Positions 53,730 to 63,695 of a DNA stretch of 64,000 bases are shown in pieces. The stretch spans positions 710,132 through 774,131 of the forward strand of contig CBDEGR010000002.1 of NCBI GenBank assembly GCA_965237895.1. The letters are read 5' to 3'. Position 1 is the stretch's first letter. Every line of letters begins with the position of its first letter. The position numbers and the translations under genes were made by a program. A model generated the notes under the pieces. The model searched no databases. It had not been told where the DNA came from and worked only from the letters and a program-made list of their open reading frames with translations. Source of the DNA: Terriglobia bacterium. GTDB lineage: Bacteria; Acidobacteriota; Terriglobia; UBA7540; JAPUME01.

Positions 53730-55652
53730 CTACCCAGCGGACGTGCCCCAGCGGTCATGCCATAACTGAAACATCAGCAATGCCCAGAGGCCCCGTCGAT
53801 GGTCGGCGCGGCGGCTCCAGTGCTCTTCGAGCAACCGGTGAACCGTGTCGGGGTCGAGGATCCCCTCCCGCTTCAATTTATCCTTTGAAAATATTTTTTC
53901 CACCAGTGGCCTTAGCTCGCCGCGAATCCATTCGGCCGTGGGAACGGAGAATCCCCGTTTCTGCCGGGCCAGGATGTTCGAGGGAATCCGGCCGCGTAAA
54001 ACTTTTTTGAAAAGATATTTCGTCTTGAAGCCGCGCAGCTTCAGGTCCGAGGGCAAACCGGTCATGAACTCGACCAGCCGTTGATCAAGGTACGGCGTGC
54101 GAAGTTCAAGCGAGCAGGCCATGCCGGCGCGGTCGATCTTTACCAGCAAATCGTCGGCCAGGTACAAATGAAAATCCGCATAGAGAAGGCGCATCAAATT
54201 CTCTTCGAAGGCAGCTCCTCGGAGAACGTTTTCAACCGGTTCGAAGAGTTCCGTGTGGCCGTGCCGCGCCCGCCAATCTTGAGAAAACAGTCCCGCGACG
54301 ACGGCAGGCGGAAACGCGCCGAACCAGATGTGATGGCGTCGGGCAGGCTCCTCGTCCGCGTGTTCGAGAAAGCGGCGGACGAAGAGGCTGAACGAGACCG
54401 CCCCGGTCGAGCCGGGCAGCCGCCGGGCCAGCCGTAAAAGCAATCCGCGCCGAAGGGCTTGGGGAATCTTCAGCAGGTATTCTGCCGCCCGATATCCCGG
54501 ATAGGTGGGATAGCCGCCGAAAATTTCATCCCCGCCTTCTCCGCTCAAAGCCACTTTGACGCGCTGCCGGGCGAATTTCGAAATCAGATAAGTCGGAAGC
54601 AAGGCGGGGTCGCCGAGCGGTTCGTCCATGAAGCCGGCGAGGAAATCGAGCGCCTCGCGGAGTGCCCCCTCCGTGGCGGTGACGACATGATGCCGGGTTC
54701 GGAAATGGCGGGCGACCTGGTCGGCGTACGTGACTTCGTTGAACGACGCTTGAGGAAAAGCGATGGTGAAGCTGGTAACGTTGCCGGGCGACAGCTCGCT
54801 CATCATGGCGACGAGCGCGGAAGAGTCCACGCCGCCGCTCAAGAACACCCCCAGCGGCACGTCGCTTACCAGGCGCGAGGTTGCCGCATCCCACAGCTTC
54901 TCATGAAGTTCTTTGCCGATCTCGGTTTCGTTTATTTCCCGCGATCCGCCTTTCTGAGGTCTCGGCAGGTAGTGCCGCATCTCCCAGTAAGGGGAACTGT
55001 GAATGCTTCCCTTGTCACAATCCACAATCATTCGGTGAGCGGCGGGAAGCTTTTTGATTTCCGCGAAGCCCGTGTGGGGCGAAGGAATGTAGCCGTAGAG
55101 CAGGAGGCGCTCGACGGCGGCGGGGTTGAGCGTGCGGCGAATGCGGGAGCATTCCAGTAACGCCTTGATTTCCGAGGCGAAGATCAGCTCCTGGCCCGAT
55201 TGCCAAAAAAAAAGCGGCTTTTCTCCGGCACGGTCGCGCGCAAGTAGCAGCCGCCTTCGGCGCTCGTCCCAGAGCGCAAGGGCAAACATGCCGTTCAGCT
55301 CGCCCAGGCAGTCCGCACCCTGTTCTTCGTAGAGATGGCAGATGACCTCGCCGTCCGACTTGGTGTGGAAGCTGTGGCCGCGGGCGATCAAGTCCTTGCG
55401 AAGTTCCCGATAGTTGTAGATTTCGCCGTTGTAGACCAGCGTTACGTCGCCTGCTTCGTTCGCGAGCGGTTGATCGCCGGTCGCAAGGTCAATAATGCTC
55501 AAGCGGCGGACGGCCAGCTCGACACCGGGACGGCGAAACACTCCGTCCGAGTCCGGCCCGCGATGGGTGAGCCGCGACGACATCCGCCCGAGCAGGCCCG
55601 CGTCCGGGGGCGGCTGGAGATTAAGATTCAAATAACCGCAGATTCCACACAT
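53730..55652 (-). CDS. asnB: asparagine synthase (glutamine-hydrolysing) family amidotransferase
   Basis: MCGICGY N-terminal nucleophile and the SGGVDSS PP-loop. 640 aa. Confidence 0.9.
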   Translation of the reverse strand: MCGICGYLNLNLQPPPDAGLLGRMSSRLTHRGPDSDGVFRRPGVELAVRRLSIIDLATGDQPLANEAGDVTLVYNGEIYNYRELRKDLIARGHSFHTKSDGEVICHLYEEQGADCLGELNGMFALALWDERRRRLLLARDRAGEKPLFFWQSGQELIFASEIKALLECSRIRRTLNPAAVERLLLYGYIPSPHTGFAEIKKLPAAHRMIVDCDKGSIHSSPYWEMRHYLPRPQKGGSREINETEIGKELHEKLWDAATSRLVSDVPLGVFLSGGVDSSALVAMMSELSPGNVTSFTIAFPQASFNEVTYADQVARHFRTRHHVVTATEGALREALDFLAGFMDEPLGDPALLPTYLISKFARQRVKVALSGEGGDEIFGGYPTYPGYRAAEYLLKIPQALRRGLLLRLARRLPGSTGAVSFSLFVRRFLEHADEEPARRHHIWFGAFPPAVVAGLFSQDWRARHGHTELFEPVENVLRGAAFEENLMRLLYADFHLYLADDLLVKIDRAGMACSLELRTPYLDQRLVEFMTGLPSDLKLRGFKTKYLFKKVLRGRIPSNILARQKRGFSVPTAEWIRGELRPLVEKIFSKDKLKREGILDPDTVHRLLEEHWSRRADHRRGLWALLMFQLWHDRWGTSAG

Positions 55653-55703
55653 GAGATTGCCGACGAAAAGGTGCTCGAAGCTACTTGATTTGGGGAGTGA
55701 CGG

Positions 55704-57524
55704 CTACGGCCTGAGCTCTGCCGGGGGCACGCGCCAGACCGAATATGTCCAGTCCTGATACTTCCAGTCCTGCCGGAGTGGCTCGGCCCGAGGCAACGCC
55801 TGAAGCATACTGGAAATATTCTCGTGGCGGGACAAAATCAAGAGGGGTTTCGAATTGGTCTTGGCCAGCCACGCCACATGCTCGAGGCGATGCAACGTCG
55901 TGCCCGGCTTTTCGAGAAACTCCTCCAGGCGGCTCACAATGTAGTTGCTGGTCAGTTCGCTCCCGCCGGTGGTAATCACATGGACGGGACGGCGCAGATA
56001 GAATCCCAAGCCCGTACGGAAACAGTAATACCCGTAAACGGGGTTCCCGGCGTACGGGCTTGTTTCGATTTTTTCGGCGAGAGCCTTGCTGGAATTGGAA
56101 GCCGCGTAGGTTTGGAGCGTCGGCCAGCCGCGGACCAGCATCAGCGGAAACGCCAGCAGCAGCAAGAGGAGCGTCAGGTGAGAGCCCTGCGGGCGGTGTG
56201 ACATGTGCCGCCCCAGCACGCTGAGCGCGGCCAGAATCAAGCCCCAGGAGATCAACGTCGCTCCCAACTGCCCCGCCAGCAGCGGCCCGACTTTTTCGGC
56301 CAGTGCATTCTGCTGCGGAGTCATGCGATGAATCCACGGAACCGCGGCCATCAGTAATCCTAAGATGCCCAACGCCCAAAAGCCTCGGCGGGTCCAGGCG
56401 GGAGACTCCGAGGAGTGATCCCGTGCGGGCCACTCACTCCACAATTTTGCCGTGAGCAGACTGAGAGGAGTAAAGGCGGGGAGCAAATAGCCGGGCAGCT
56501 TCGACCGCGAAATGGAAAAGAAGACAAAGACGACTGCCGTCCAGCAAAGAAGGAAAAGTGCATTCCGATTTTCCTCGTCACGAAGTTTTCGCCAAGCGCG
56601 CAGCCGGCCGGCGTATCCCGTCACCAGAAAGAGGCTCCAGGGCAGAAAACCGAAAAGAAATACTGGCAGGTAGTAATACAGCGGCCCGCTGCGCCGCGCG
56701 CTGCCCGTGGTGAAGCGCATCAAGCTCTCATTCCAGAAAGCGTAGCGGGGAAAGTCGGGATTCTCCCAGGAGACGGCCAGGAACCAAGGCAGCGTGGCGG
56801 CCATAAATATTGCCGGCCCGACGGCCCAGCGAAGTCGTTTGAGTTCCGATAAACGCCCGGAAAAACCCAGATAGGCCAGCACCGTAAGCCACGGCAGCAG
56901 GAACCCGACCGGACCTTTGGTGATCGTCGCGATTCCCATGGAGCCGAAAAACAGAAGCGTGTGGCGGAGGCTGCGGAACGCCGACCGCTGAAGAAACCAA
57001 AAGCTGATGAGGGAGAGCGAGACCAGAAAGTGCAACGTCATATCGAAAATTACAATGCGGGAGAAGACCATCATAAAAGGCGTGGAAGCCAGGATGAGCG
57101 CCGCCGTGACCCCGCGTCTTCCGTTTCCCTTTCCCTTTTCTTCGGCGCGCCTTCCCCAAAGCCACGCCAGCAATACCGTCGCCAAGCCGAGCAACGCCCC
57201 CGGCAGACGCGCCGACCACTCCGAGGATCCGAAGAGAGTAAAGCTGGAGGCGACCATCCAGAAATAGACGGGCGGCTTGTCCAGATACGTCAGATTGTTG
57301 TAGTGTGGCGTGACCCAATCCCCGGTCTCTACCATCTCGCGCGCCACTTCCGCATTCCGGCCCTCGTCGGGTTCGAGGAGCGGAAGTTGTCCGAGTCCTG
57401 TGAAGAAAAGAACGGCGGCAAACAGAAGTGGCAGCAACAATTCCGGGAGGCGGTATTTTTTCGTCGCGGAAAGGCCATTGGTCTCGGGAGAACCGGGCGG
57501 TGGGGTTGTTGCCGGGGAGTTCAA
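55704..57524 (-). CDS. GT39/ArnT-like membrane glycosyltransferase
   Basis: ...LLEPDEGRNAEVAREMVETGDWVTPHYNNLTYLDKPPVYFWMVA..., a multi-TM protein of 606 aa. 4-nt overlap with the upstream GT2 gene. Confidence 0.85.
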   Translation of the reverse strand: MNSPATTPPPGSPETNGLSATKKYRLPELLLPLLFAAVLFFTGLGQLPLLEPDEGRNAEVAREMVETGDWVTPHYNNLTYLDKPPVYFWMVASSFTLFGSSEWSARLPGALLGLATVLLAWLWGRRAEEKGKGNGRRGVTAALILASTPFMMVFSRIVIFDMTLHFLVSLSLISFWFLQRSAFRSLRHTLLFFGSMGIATITKGPVGFLLPWLTVLAYLGFSGRLSELKRLRWAVGPAIFMAATLPWFLAVSWENPDFPRYAFWNESLMRFTTGSARRSGPLYYYLPVFLFGFLPWSLFLVTGYAGRLRAWRKLRDEENRNALFLLCWTAVVFVFFSISRSKLPGYLLPAFTPLSLLTAKLWSEWPARDHSSESPAWTRRGFWALGILGLLMAAVPWIHRMTPQQNALAEKVGPLLAGQLGATLISWGLILAALSVLGRHMSHRPQGSHLTLLLLLLAFPLMLVRGWPTLQTYAASNSSKALAEKIETSPYAGNPVYGYYCFRTGLGFYLRRPVHVITTGGSELTSNYIVSRLEEFLEKPGTTLHRLEHVAWLAKTNSKPLLILSRHENISSMLQALPRAEPLRQDWKYQDWTYSVWRVPPAELRP

Positions 57525-58432
57525 GGTTTCAGAACCGACGCTCGGGTGGTTACGTCGCCAGTCCTATCGGAAGTCCCCTGGGGAGATTCTGGGGGCGTTG
57601 CCGGGTGATCGTACTCCTCCAGAACCGCCTCCAGCGCAATCCGATTCCGCTTCATCCAACGGACGGCCAAGCAGTCGCCCATCCCTTTCCAGATGCGGTT
57701 CCGGGCGTTGTACTTCGTTTTGCCGTAGAGGCGGGGCGAGTGTGAGACGGGCACCTGGGTGACGCGCCAGCCGCGCATTTTGATCAGCGTCGGCAGGAAG
57801 CGGTGCAGACCGCGGTAGAGTTCCAGGTCCTGAACGCACTCCCGCCGATACACTTTCAGCGTGCAGCCGGTATCGACGATATCGTCCCGGGTGACCCAGT
57901 TCCGGAACCCGTTGCCGATTTTCGACGAGAGGCGGCGGAACCAGTTGTCGTTGCGCCGGGCGCGGATGCCGCAGACCGCGTCCCAGCGGTCGAGCAGAGG
58001 AAGCAGGCGAAGGATGTCCTCCGGGTTGTTCTGCAGGTCGGCGTCGAGCGTGGCGACGGCCTGGCCCCGTGCCAGACGGAATCCGGCGGCCATGGCGTGC
58101 GTCTGGCCACGGTTCTCGGCAAAGCGGCCCACGCGCAGGCAGGGGTCGGTCTGCTGGGCTTGGCGGAGACGCTCGAAGGTGCCGTCGGTCGAGCCGTCAT
58201 CGACGACGATGATTTCATAGGGGAACCCCTGTTTTTTCAAGGCTTTATGGATGCGTTCAAGCAGCGGCGCGACGTTCTCCCGCTCGTTGTAGGCGGGAAC
58301 GACGACGCTGAGGGCGGGCGCGGCGCCCTCGCCGGACGGCCTGATGGGAGACGAACCCCTTTGAGAAGTCACGATTTCGCCATTGTACCATGAGACTTCA
58401 CGGCAACTTCCTGTCTGTAAAGGAGTTTTCAA
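57521..58432 (-). CDS. GT2 polyprenyl-phosphate glycosyltransferase (ArnC / DPM1-like)
   Basis: LSVVVPAYNERENVAPLLERI...YEIIVVDDGSTDGT...TLDADLQNNP, with C-terminal TM helices. The start is uncertain. Confidence 0.85.
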   Translation of the reverse strand: MKTPLQTGSCREVSWYNGEIVTSQRGSSPIRPSGEGAAPALSVVVPAYNERENVAPLLERIHKALKKQGFPYEIIVVDDGSTDGTFERLRQAQQTDPCLRVGRFAENRGQTHAMAAGFRLARGQAVATLDADLQNNPEDILRLLPLLDRWDAVCGIRARRNDNWFRRLSSKIGNGFRNWVTRDDIVDTGCTLKVYRRECVQDLELYRGLHRFLPTLIKMRGWRVTQVPVSHSPRLYGKTKYNARNRIWKGMGDCLAVRWMKRNRIALEAVLEEYDHPATPPESPQGTSDRTGDVTTRASVLKP

Positions 58433-58640
58433 TAGCCGAAGAAATTAAGGCATCTTCCGGCAGGGTTTGTGAATCTCACTGAATAGGTTATAACTGGCGA
58501 CGAACCTACCTTCCGGGGTTATAATCTGGCGATTTCGTATGAGGGTCTGGGCGTGGATGGTGATGTCGGCTTCACGGCTAGGCAGAGATCCTCACAGTTA
58601 TCTCAGGCTATTTTTAACTTGCAAGGAAAGGGGTAGAGGG

Positions 58641-59642
58641 ATGAAGAAGGCATGGAGTTTTTTGTGGATTTTAGGATTGGCGGTCCTGTTGGGGGCGCCG
58701 GCCTGTAATACGGCCCAAGAGCCGAACGATCAGGAGATCGTCAAAGAGATTCAATCGGAACTGTTCGCCAACTCTGACTTAAAGGGCCGCGATATCAGCG
58801 TTGAGTCTGAAGACGGGTCGGTGACCCTCAGCGGTACCGTGGCGAGCGACGCCGAGCGGACGGAAGTGGCCGTGCTGGTCCGTGAGGTGGAAGGCGTCAA
58901 GCAGGTGACGATCATGCTTGATGTGGCCGAGCCGGAAACGGAAGAAGTGGCCCCCGCCCCCAGGCGGTGGAAGACTCCCGTTCGCAGGGTTTCGGCTCCC
59001 AGGCCGCAGCCGGTCCGCGAGCCCGCGCCCGCGCCGGCCCCGGTTGTTGCGCCTGAGCCTGCACCGGTCCGCGCAGCCGCGGTTACCCCAAAACGGGCTC
59101 CTCAGCTGCTGCCTCCGGTGCGGCTGGAAATTCCGGCGGGAACACTGGTCTCGATTCGCTTGATCGACACGATTGACGCGGCAAAAAATCAACCCGGCGA
59201 GGAGTTTGCCGCCAGCTTGGTGGCCCCGCTAACGGTAAGCGGCCGTATGGTTGCCGACCAGGGTTCGGATGCCGTGGTGAAGCTGGTGGACTCGAAGACG
59301 TCGGGCCGCATAAAGGGGCGCTCGGAGCTGGTTGTCGAACTGGCAACGATTACGGTCGCAGGGCGTGAGTCTTCGGTCCAGTCGGACAGCCACGTTCATC
59401 AGGGCGGCTCGCGCGGCAGGAATACGGCCAAGAAGGTCGGCGGGGGCGCGGTGCTCGGTTCGGTGATCGGCGCGATTGCCGGCGGCAGAAAGGGCGCGGC
59501 GATCGGCGGCGCCATCGGCGCCGGCGCCGGTACGGCGGCCCAAGCGGCGACCAAAGGCAAGCAGGCGCGGCTGGAATCGGAGACCCGCCTGGACTTCACG
59601 CTGGAGGCGCCGGTTTCGGTGACGCTGGCGCCCGGAAGGTAA
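58641..59642 (+). CDS. BON-domain lipoprotein with a Pro-rich linker and a C-terminal glycine zipper
   Basis: ATG at 58641. Lipobox-like LLGAPAC. BON domain (LKGRDISVESEDGSVTLSGTVASDAERTEV...VEGVKQV). C-terminal GGGAVLGSVIGAIAGGRKGAAIGGAIGAGAGTAA. Confidence 0.8.
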   Translation: MKKAWSFLWILGLAVLLGAPACNTAQEPNDQEIVKEIQSELFANSDLKGRDISVESEDGSVTLSGTVASDAERTEVAVLVREVEGVKQVTIMLDVAEPETEEVAPAPRRWKTPVRRVSAPRPQPVREPAPAPAPVVAPEPAPVRAAAVTPKRAPQLLPPVRLEIPAGTLVSIRLIDTIDAAKNQPGEEFAASLVAPLTVSGRMVADQGSDAVVKLVDSKTSGRIKGRSELVVELATITVAGRESSVQSDSHVHQGGSRGRNTAKKVGGGAVLGSVIGAIAGGRKGAAIGGAIGAGAGTAAQAATKGKQARLESETRLDFTLEAPVSVTLAPGR

Positions 59643-59688
59643 CAGGAAGGTAACAGACTTTCGACGTATCTCCTCCAATCATAAAGGT

Positions 59689-59722
59689 CCATCTCGGGAT
59701 TCCCATGAGGTGGGCTTTTTTT
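59689..59722 (+). terminator. rho-independent terminator after the BON gene
   Basis: CCATCTC (59689-59695) pairs with GAGGTGG (59707-59713), giving a 7-bp stem with one G-U. It is followed by GC and a T7 run (59716-59722). Confidence 0.7.
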
Positions 59723-60276
59723 GCCACAGTTTGATTCCGACCAGATCAAGGCGTATTAACGGGGAAATGGACCGAGTGCAATTAACTCCTCGGTATGCGT
59801 ATGGTAGGGAAGAAAGCCGAGGAACAGTCGGGATGCCGATCTCTCTATCACAGGATGGGAAAGAGAAGTTGAGGCGCCACGGGAAGACGATGGCCGCGGT
59901 GACTTGGGCCAACAGTCTCTCCTCGGTTTGTGTGGTGGCGTTTCTCCTCTATGCCGGAGGGCGGTTGCCGGCGGAGCTCGGCTCCGAACTCCTGATCTAT
60001 TTTGTTTCGGCCATGATCTTTGGGTTTGCCGTGCTGAGCCATCGGAAACTGGCCGGGCGTCGCCGGCGGGTGCGGACGGACCTGGAGGGGGGAGTGGCCG
60101 AAGAGATCCTCGGGCCGATGGAAAAAATCAAGGCTGCGGGCGGATACGCGTTGAAGATTGGCGAACAGAAATTCGTCGTGGACGAAGAGATGGGGAGCGA
60201 TCTGCCTGGGGAAGGCAACGTGCGCCTTCTCTACGCGCCCCAATCGCGTGTGGTGCTTTCCGTAGAGTCTCTCTGA
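59710..60276 (+). CDS. hypothetical membrane protein
   Basis: Two predicted TM helices (SLSSVCVVAFLLYAGG, LLIYFVSAMIFGFAVL) followed by a soluble tail. The start is uncertain (alternative ATGs at 59767 and 59890). No family recognised. Confidence 0.4.
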   Translation: MGFFCHSLIPTRSRRINGEMDRVQLTPRYAYGREESRGTVGMPISLSQDGKEKLRRHGKTMAAVTWANSLSSVCVVAFLLYAGGRLPAELGSELLIYFVSAMIFGFAVLSHRKLAGRRRRVRTDLEGGVAEEILGPMEKIKAAGGYALKIGEQKFVVDEEMGSDLPGEGNVRLLYAPQSRVVLSVESL

Positions 60277-60382
60277 GCGATTCGGATCTCGTGCCCCGCC
60301 CGATGGACGGCCGATTGGGAGCCGATGGATGGATTGACCTGTTCTCTCCTCCCGTACCGGCAGGGCGCGTCCGGTTTTTGTC

Positions 60383-61078
60383 ATGGCGGAGTCCTCCATT
60401 TTGCTTGAGGGGCGGATTCGAGTGCCGCTCCACCGTCATCTGCTGGTTCTCTACCACGAGGAGCGGGAGCATTTTCGTTGGGCCGGGTTTCTCATCGAGG
60501 GGCTGCGGCAAGGAAGCGTCTGCGTGCATCTGGCGCCGCAGGAGGCCCAAAGGCGGATGCTGGAGATTCTCCGTGCGAGGCGGAAGGAGAGTGAAGTCCT
60601 CGGGAAGGAGGAAGGAACCCTCTTCTTTCCTCAGGCGGCGAGGGGCAGGCTGGAGCTGTGGAACATTGCCAATGGTTACTTGCTGGATGCCGAAAAGCAG
60701 GGCGCTCCGGATGTTTGTTGGCTGGAAGAGCTGGATTGGCTTCAGTCTACGGACGGCTCTTTCGAGGAGCATTTCGAATTTGAAGCCAAGCTGAATCTGC
60801 TGGTCAAGCTTTACCCGACTCTGGCGCTCTGCCAATGCCAGATCGACCGGATCAAATCCGTCGTTGGGCTCTCGGTGCTGGCTTTGCATCGGCATCTGCT
60901 GATCGGCGATGAGCTGATCGAAAACAATCCCCCCTACATCCCCCCGGAGCACTTCCTGGCGATGAGCCGGAAGGCGCGTGATGCGGAACTGTTCGACCTG
61001 ATGCGCCAATTCGGCTTTGACATGGACCGGTTGGTGGAGAGCCTTCGCGGCTACGGCCGGCTCAGGGCTGAGGGTTGA
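60383..61078 (+). CDS. MEDS-domain protein (putative sensory/regulatory)
   Basis: HLLVLYHEEREHFRWAGFLIEGLRQGSVCVHLAP...LCQCQIDRI...ALHRHLLIGDELIENNPPYIPPE matches the MEDS pattern. Confidence 0.6.
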   Translation: MAESSILLEGRIRVPLHRHLLVLYHEEREHFRWAGFLIEGLRQGSVCVHLAPQEAQRRMLEILRARRKESEVLGKEEGTLFFPQAARGRLELWNIANGYLLDAEKQGAPDVCWLEELDWLQSTDGSFEEHFEFEAKLNLLVKLYPTLALCQCQIDRIKSVVGLSVLALHRHLLIGDELIENNPPYIPPEHFLAMSRKARDAELFDLMRQFGFDMDRLVESLRGYGRLRAEG

Positions 61079-61236
61079 AGCTTCCGCCCCTTCTATCCTG
61101 TTGATGCGCAAAGAGTTCCTCGAGCGCCGCTTTTCCTCGATCGTTCCCGCGCCGGGCGCGAATTGTTTCCGTATGGTCAGCCTTAAACCGAATGGGGTAA
61201 GATAATAATCTTGTACCCTGACCCGACGAATTTCCC

Positions 61237-62166
61237 ATGGATTTTGATCAACTTGCCGGCTTTCTGGAAGTAGCGAAGCATCAAAGCTTTTCTCGAGCCG
61301 CGCAGAATCTCTACCGGACCCAGCCGGCCATTAGCGCCCAGGTTCGGCTGCTGGAGCAGGAGTTCGGCGAAAGGCTCTTCGACCGAAGCGGTAAGAAGGT
61401 TCTCTTGACCCCGGCCGGAGAGATACTGCGAGGATATGCGGAAAAGCTTCACCAGGTTCAACGCGAGGCGCTGCAAGCCGTGGCGGAGATGCACCGGAGG
61501 CCGCGCGGCAAGCTCCACATCGGCGCCAATGAGGCGACCTGCCTTTACGTTCTGCCCCGCGCCTTCGCCCAATTTAAAGCGCAATATCCGGAGGTGCAGA
61601 TCAACATCTTACGGAATTTCAGCCATAAGATTCTCCAGAAGGTGCAGGACGGAGTTGTGGACCTCGGCATCCTGACGCTTCCCTTGAAGGCGAACCATGT
61701 CAATGTGGAGGTGCTGCCGATCTTCAAGGACGAAATCCGGGTGGTGGTCCCGCCCGACCACCCCTTGGCCAGGAACAAGAAGGTCTCCGTCGAACAGATG
61801 GCCGGGCACCCGCTGATTATTCCCAAGACAGGGCACACGCGGCACATGCTTGAGCGGATGCTGCGCCCCTACCGCAACCGGTTGCAGATTTCGATGGAGC
61901 TGGCCAGCGTCGAGACCATCAAGAAATTCGTCGGCGCCGGACTGGGCATCTCCGTCATCAGCCACAGCTATGCGCTTCCGGAAGTCGAGGCCGGGTTGCT
62001 GCGGCTCATTCCGTTTGAGGGAATCAAGCTGTTCCGGGAACTGGGTCTGATCTACCGCAATGATCGGAACCTGTCGCTGCCGGCCAAGGCCTTTATTGAA
62101 GTGATTCGCCAGGTCCGGTCGGTGCCTGAGGTCTCCACGAAATCCAAGAAAGCGACTTCCGCGTAA
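61237..62166 (+). CDS. LysR-family transcriptional regulator
   Basis: N-terminal wHTH (MDFDQLAGFLEVAKHQSFSRAAQNLYRTQPAISAQVRLLEQEFGERLFDR) plus a LysR substrate-binding domain. Confidence 0.93.
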   Translation: MDFDQLAGFLEVAKHQSFSRAAQNLYRTQPAISAQVRLLEQEFGERLFDRSGKKVLLTPAGEILRGYAEKLHQVQREALQAVAEMHRRPRGKLHIGANEATCLYVLPRAFAQFKAQYPEVQINILRNFSHKILQKVQDGVVDLGILTLPLKANHVNVEVLPIFKDEIRVVVPPDHPLARNKKVSVEQMAGHPLIIPKTGHTRHMLERMLRPYRNRLQISMELASVETIKKFVGAGLGISVISHSYALPEVEAGLLRLIPFEGIKLFRELGLIYRNDRNLSLPAKAFIEVIRQVRSVPEVSTKSKKATSA

Positions 62167-62262
62167 CCGGAAGCGAACGAAAACGGCGGCGAACGGATTT
62201 TAGAACCGTGCCCGCGGTGAAGGAAGGGAGCTGTTTTTAAGCGAAAAATTATACCAGGAACG

Positions 62263-63684
62263 ATGACGAAAGAAAGAAAGCATTTGCGAGTTATGAAATT
62301 CGGAGGCACCTCCGTGGCCGATGCCGACGGTTTCGCGCGCGTCTTGGCTCTGATTGCCGATGGTAGGAAGAAACGGCGCGTTGCGGTCGTCGTTTCGGCC
62401 CTCGGCGGCGTGACGGACGCCTTGGTTCACGCCGCCACGGTTGCCGCGCGCGGAAAAAAATCGGCTTGGCGAACCGCGAAGCAGGAGATTGAGACGCGGC
62501 ACGCCCGTATTGCCGAGAAGATGCTTACCGGCGAAGAGCAGGTCCGGGTATCGGCGCGGCTGCGGGGTTGCTTGGCGCAGCTTGAGGCTCTTTGCACGGG
62601 CGCTTCCTTGATGCGGGAAGTCACTTTGCGCGCCATGGACGCCATCTCCAGTCTCGGAGAGGTGATGTCTTCTGCCCTGCTGGCCGGCGTGCTCCGCTCG
62701 CACGGAATCCCGGCCGAGGCGATTGACGGAATGGAGATCGTGGTGACCGACGACCGCTTCGGTGACGCCGCTCCTTCCTTCGATGGGACCCGGGAGCGTA
62801 CGCGGAAGCGCGTGTTGCCGCTCTTCGAAGCCGGCATTCTTCCGGTGATTACGGGTTTTCGGGGCGCCACGGAAAAGGGCATTTGTACGACGTTGGGACG
62901 CGGCGGCTCCGACTTCACCGCCACGTTGGTCGGCTCGGCACTGGACGCTCACGAAATTTGGATCTGGACGGACGTTGACGGCGTGATGACGGCGGACCCG
63001 CGTCTGGTGAAGGACGCCAAGATCATCGATTCGCTCTCTTACCGGGAAGCGATGGAACTTTCCTTTTTCGGCGCCAAGGTGCTCTACTATAAGACGCTTC
63101 AACCGCTTCTTCGCAAGAAGGTGCCGGTCTGGATCAAGAATTCTTTCGCGCCCTCGGGTCGGGGCACTCGGATCGGCATGCGTGCCGGCGCAAAATCGAA
63201 AAGCTCGGGTGGAGTCAAGGCCATTACGTCGGTCATCAAGGCGGACCTGATCACTTTGAGTGGAAGCGATACGCTGAGTTTTCCCACCATCTCCGCCAAG
63301 ACGTTTTCAGCTCTCTCGAGCCAGAGCGTGCCGACTCTCATGGTGACCCAATCGTCGGCGGATAACGTGCTCTGCTTTGCCGTCCATCATGCGGACCTCG
63401 CGCGCGTCAAGTCGATGCTCGAGAAGTCTTTCGAACTGGAACTGCTGCACGGTTACATGAATCCGATCGAGGTGATGTCGCAGGCGGCGATTGTGGTGAC
63501 CATCGGAGAAAATATGAAAGGAATCCCGGGCATCGCCGGGCGTGTTTTCGGGGCTCTGGGCGGGCGGAAGATCAACGTCATTGCCATCGCACAGGGTTCT
63601 TCCGAGCTGAGTATTTCGTTTGCCGTAAAATCGTCGGACGTGAAAGGCACCGTGCAAGCGCTTCATCGCGAATTTCGGTTGTAG
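62263..63684 (+). CDS. lysC: aspartate kinase
   Basis: MKFGGTSVADADGF..., ...TLGRGGSDFTATLVG..., and C-terminal ACT domains. The start may be the ATG at 62293. Confidence 0.93.
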   Translation: MTKERKHLRVMKFGGTSVADADGFARVLALIADGRKKRRVAVVVSALGGVTDALVHAATVAARGKKSAWRTAKQEIETRHARIAEKMLTGEEQVRVSARLRGCLAQLEALCTGASLMREVTLRAMDAISSLGEVMSSALLAGVLRSHGIPAEAIDGMEIVVTDDRFGDAAPSFDGTRERTRKRVLPLFEAGILPVITGFRGATEKGICTTLGRGGSDFTATLVGSALDAHEIWIWTDVDGVMTADPRLVKDAKIIDSLSYREAMELSFFGAKVLYYKTLQPLLRKKVPVWIKNSFAPSGRGTRIGMRAGAKSKSSGGVKAITSVIKADLITLSGSDTLSFPTISAKTFSALSSQSVPTLMVTQSSADNVLCFAVHHADLARVKSMLEKSFELELLHGYMNPIEVMSQAAIVVTIGENMKGIPGIAGRVFGALGGRKINVIAIAQGSSELSISFAVKSSDVKGTVQALHREFRL

Positions 63685-63695
63685 CTTCGATTCTT

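Noticed and set aside
60128-61111. 327-aa minus-strand ORF opposite the MEDS gene (similar cases at 44372-45358 and 62200-63102)
   Set aside because: High-GC antisense ORFs without motifs. The sense-strand genes are better supported.
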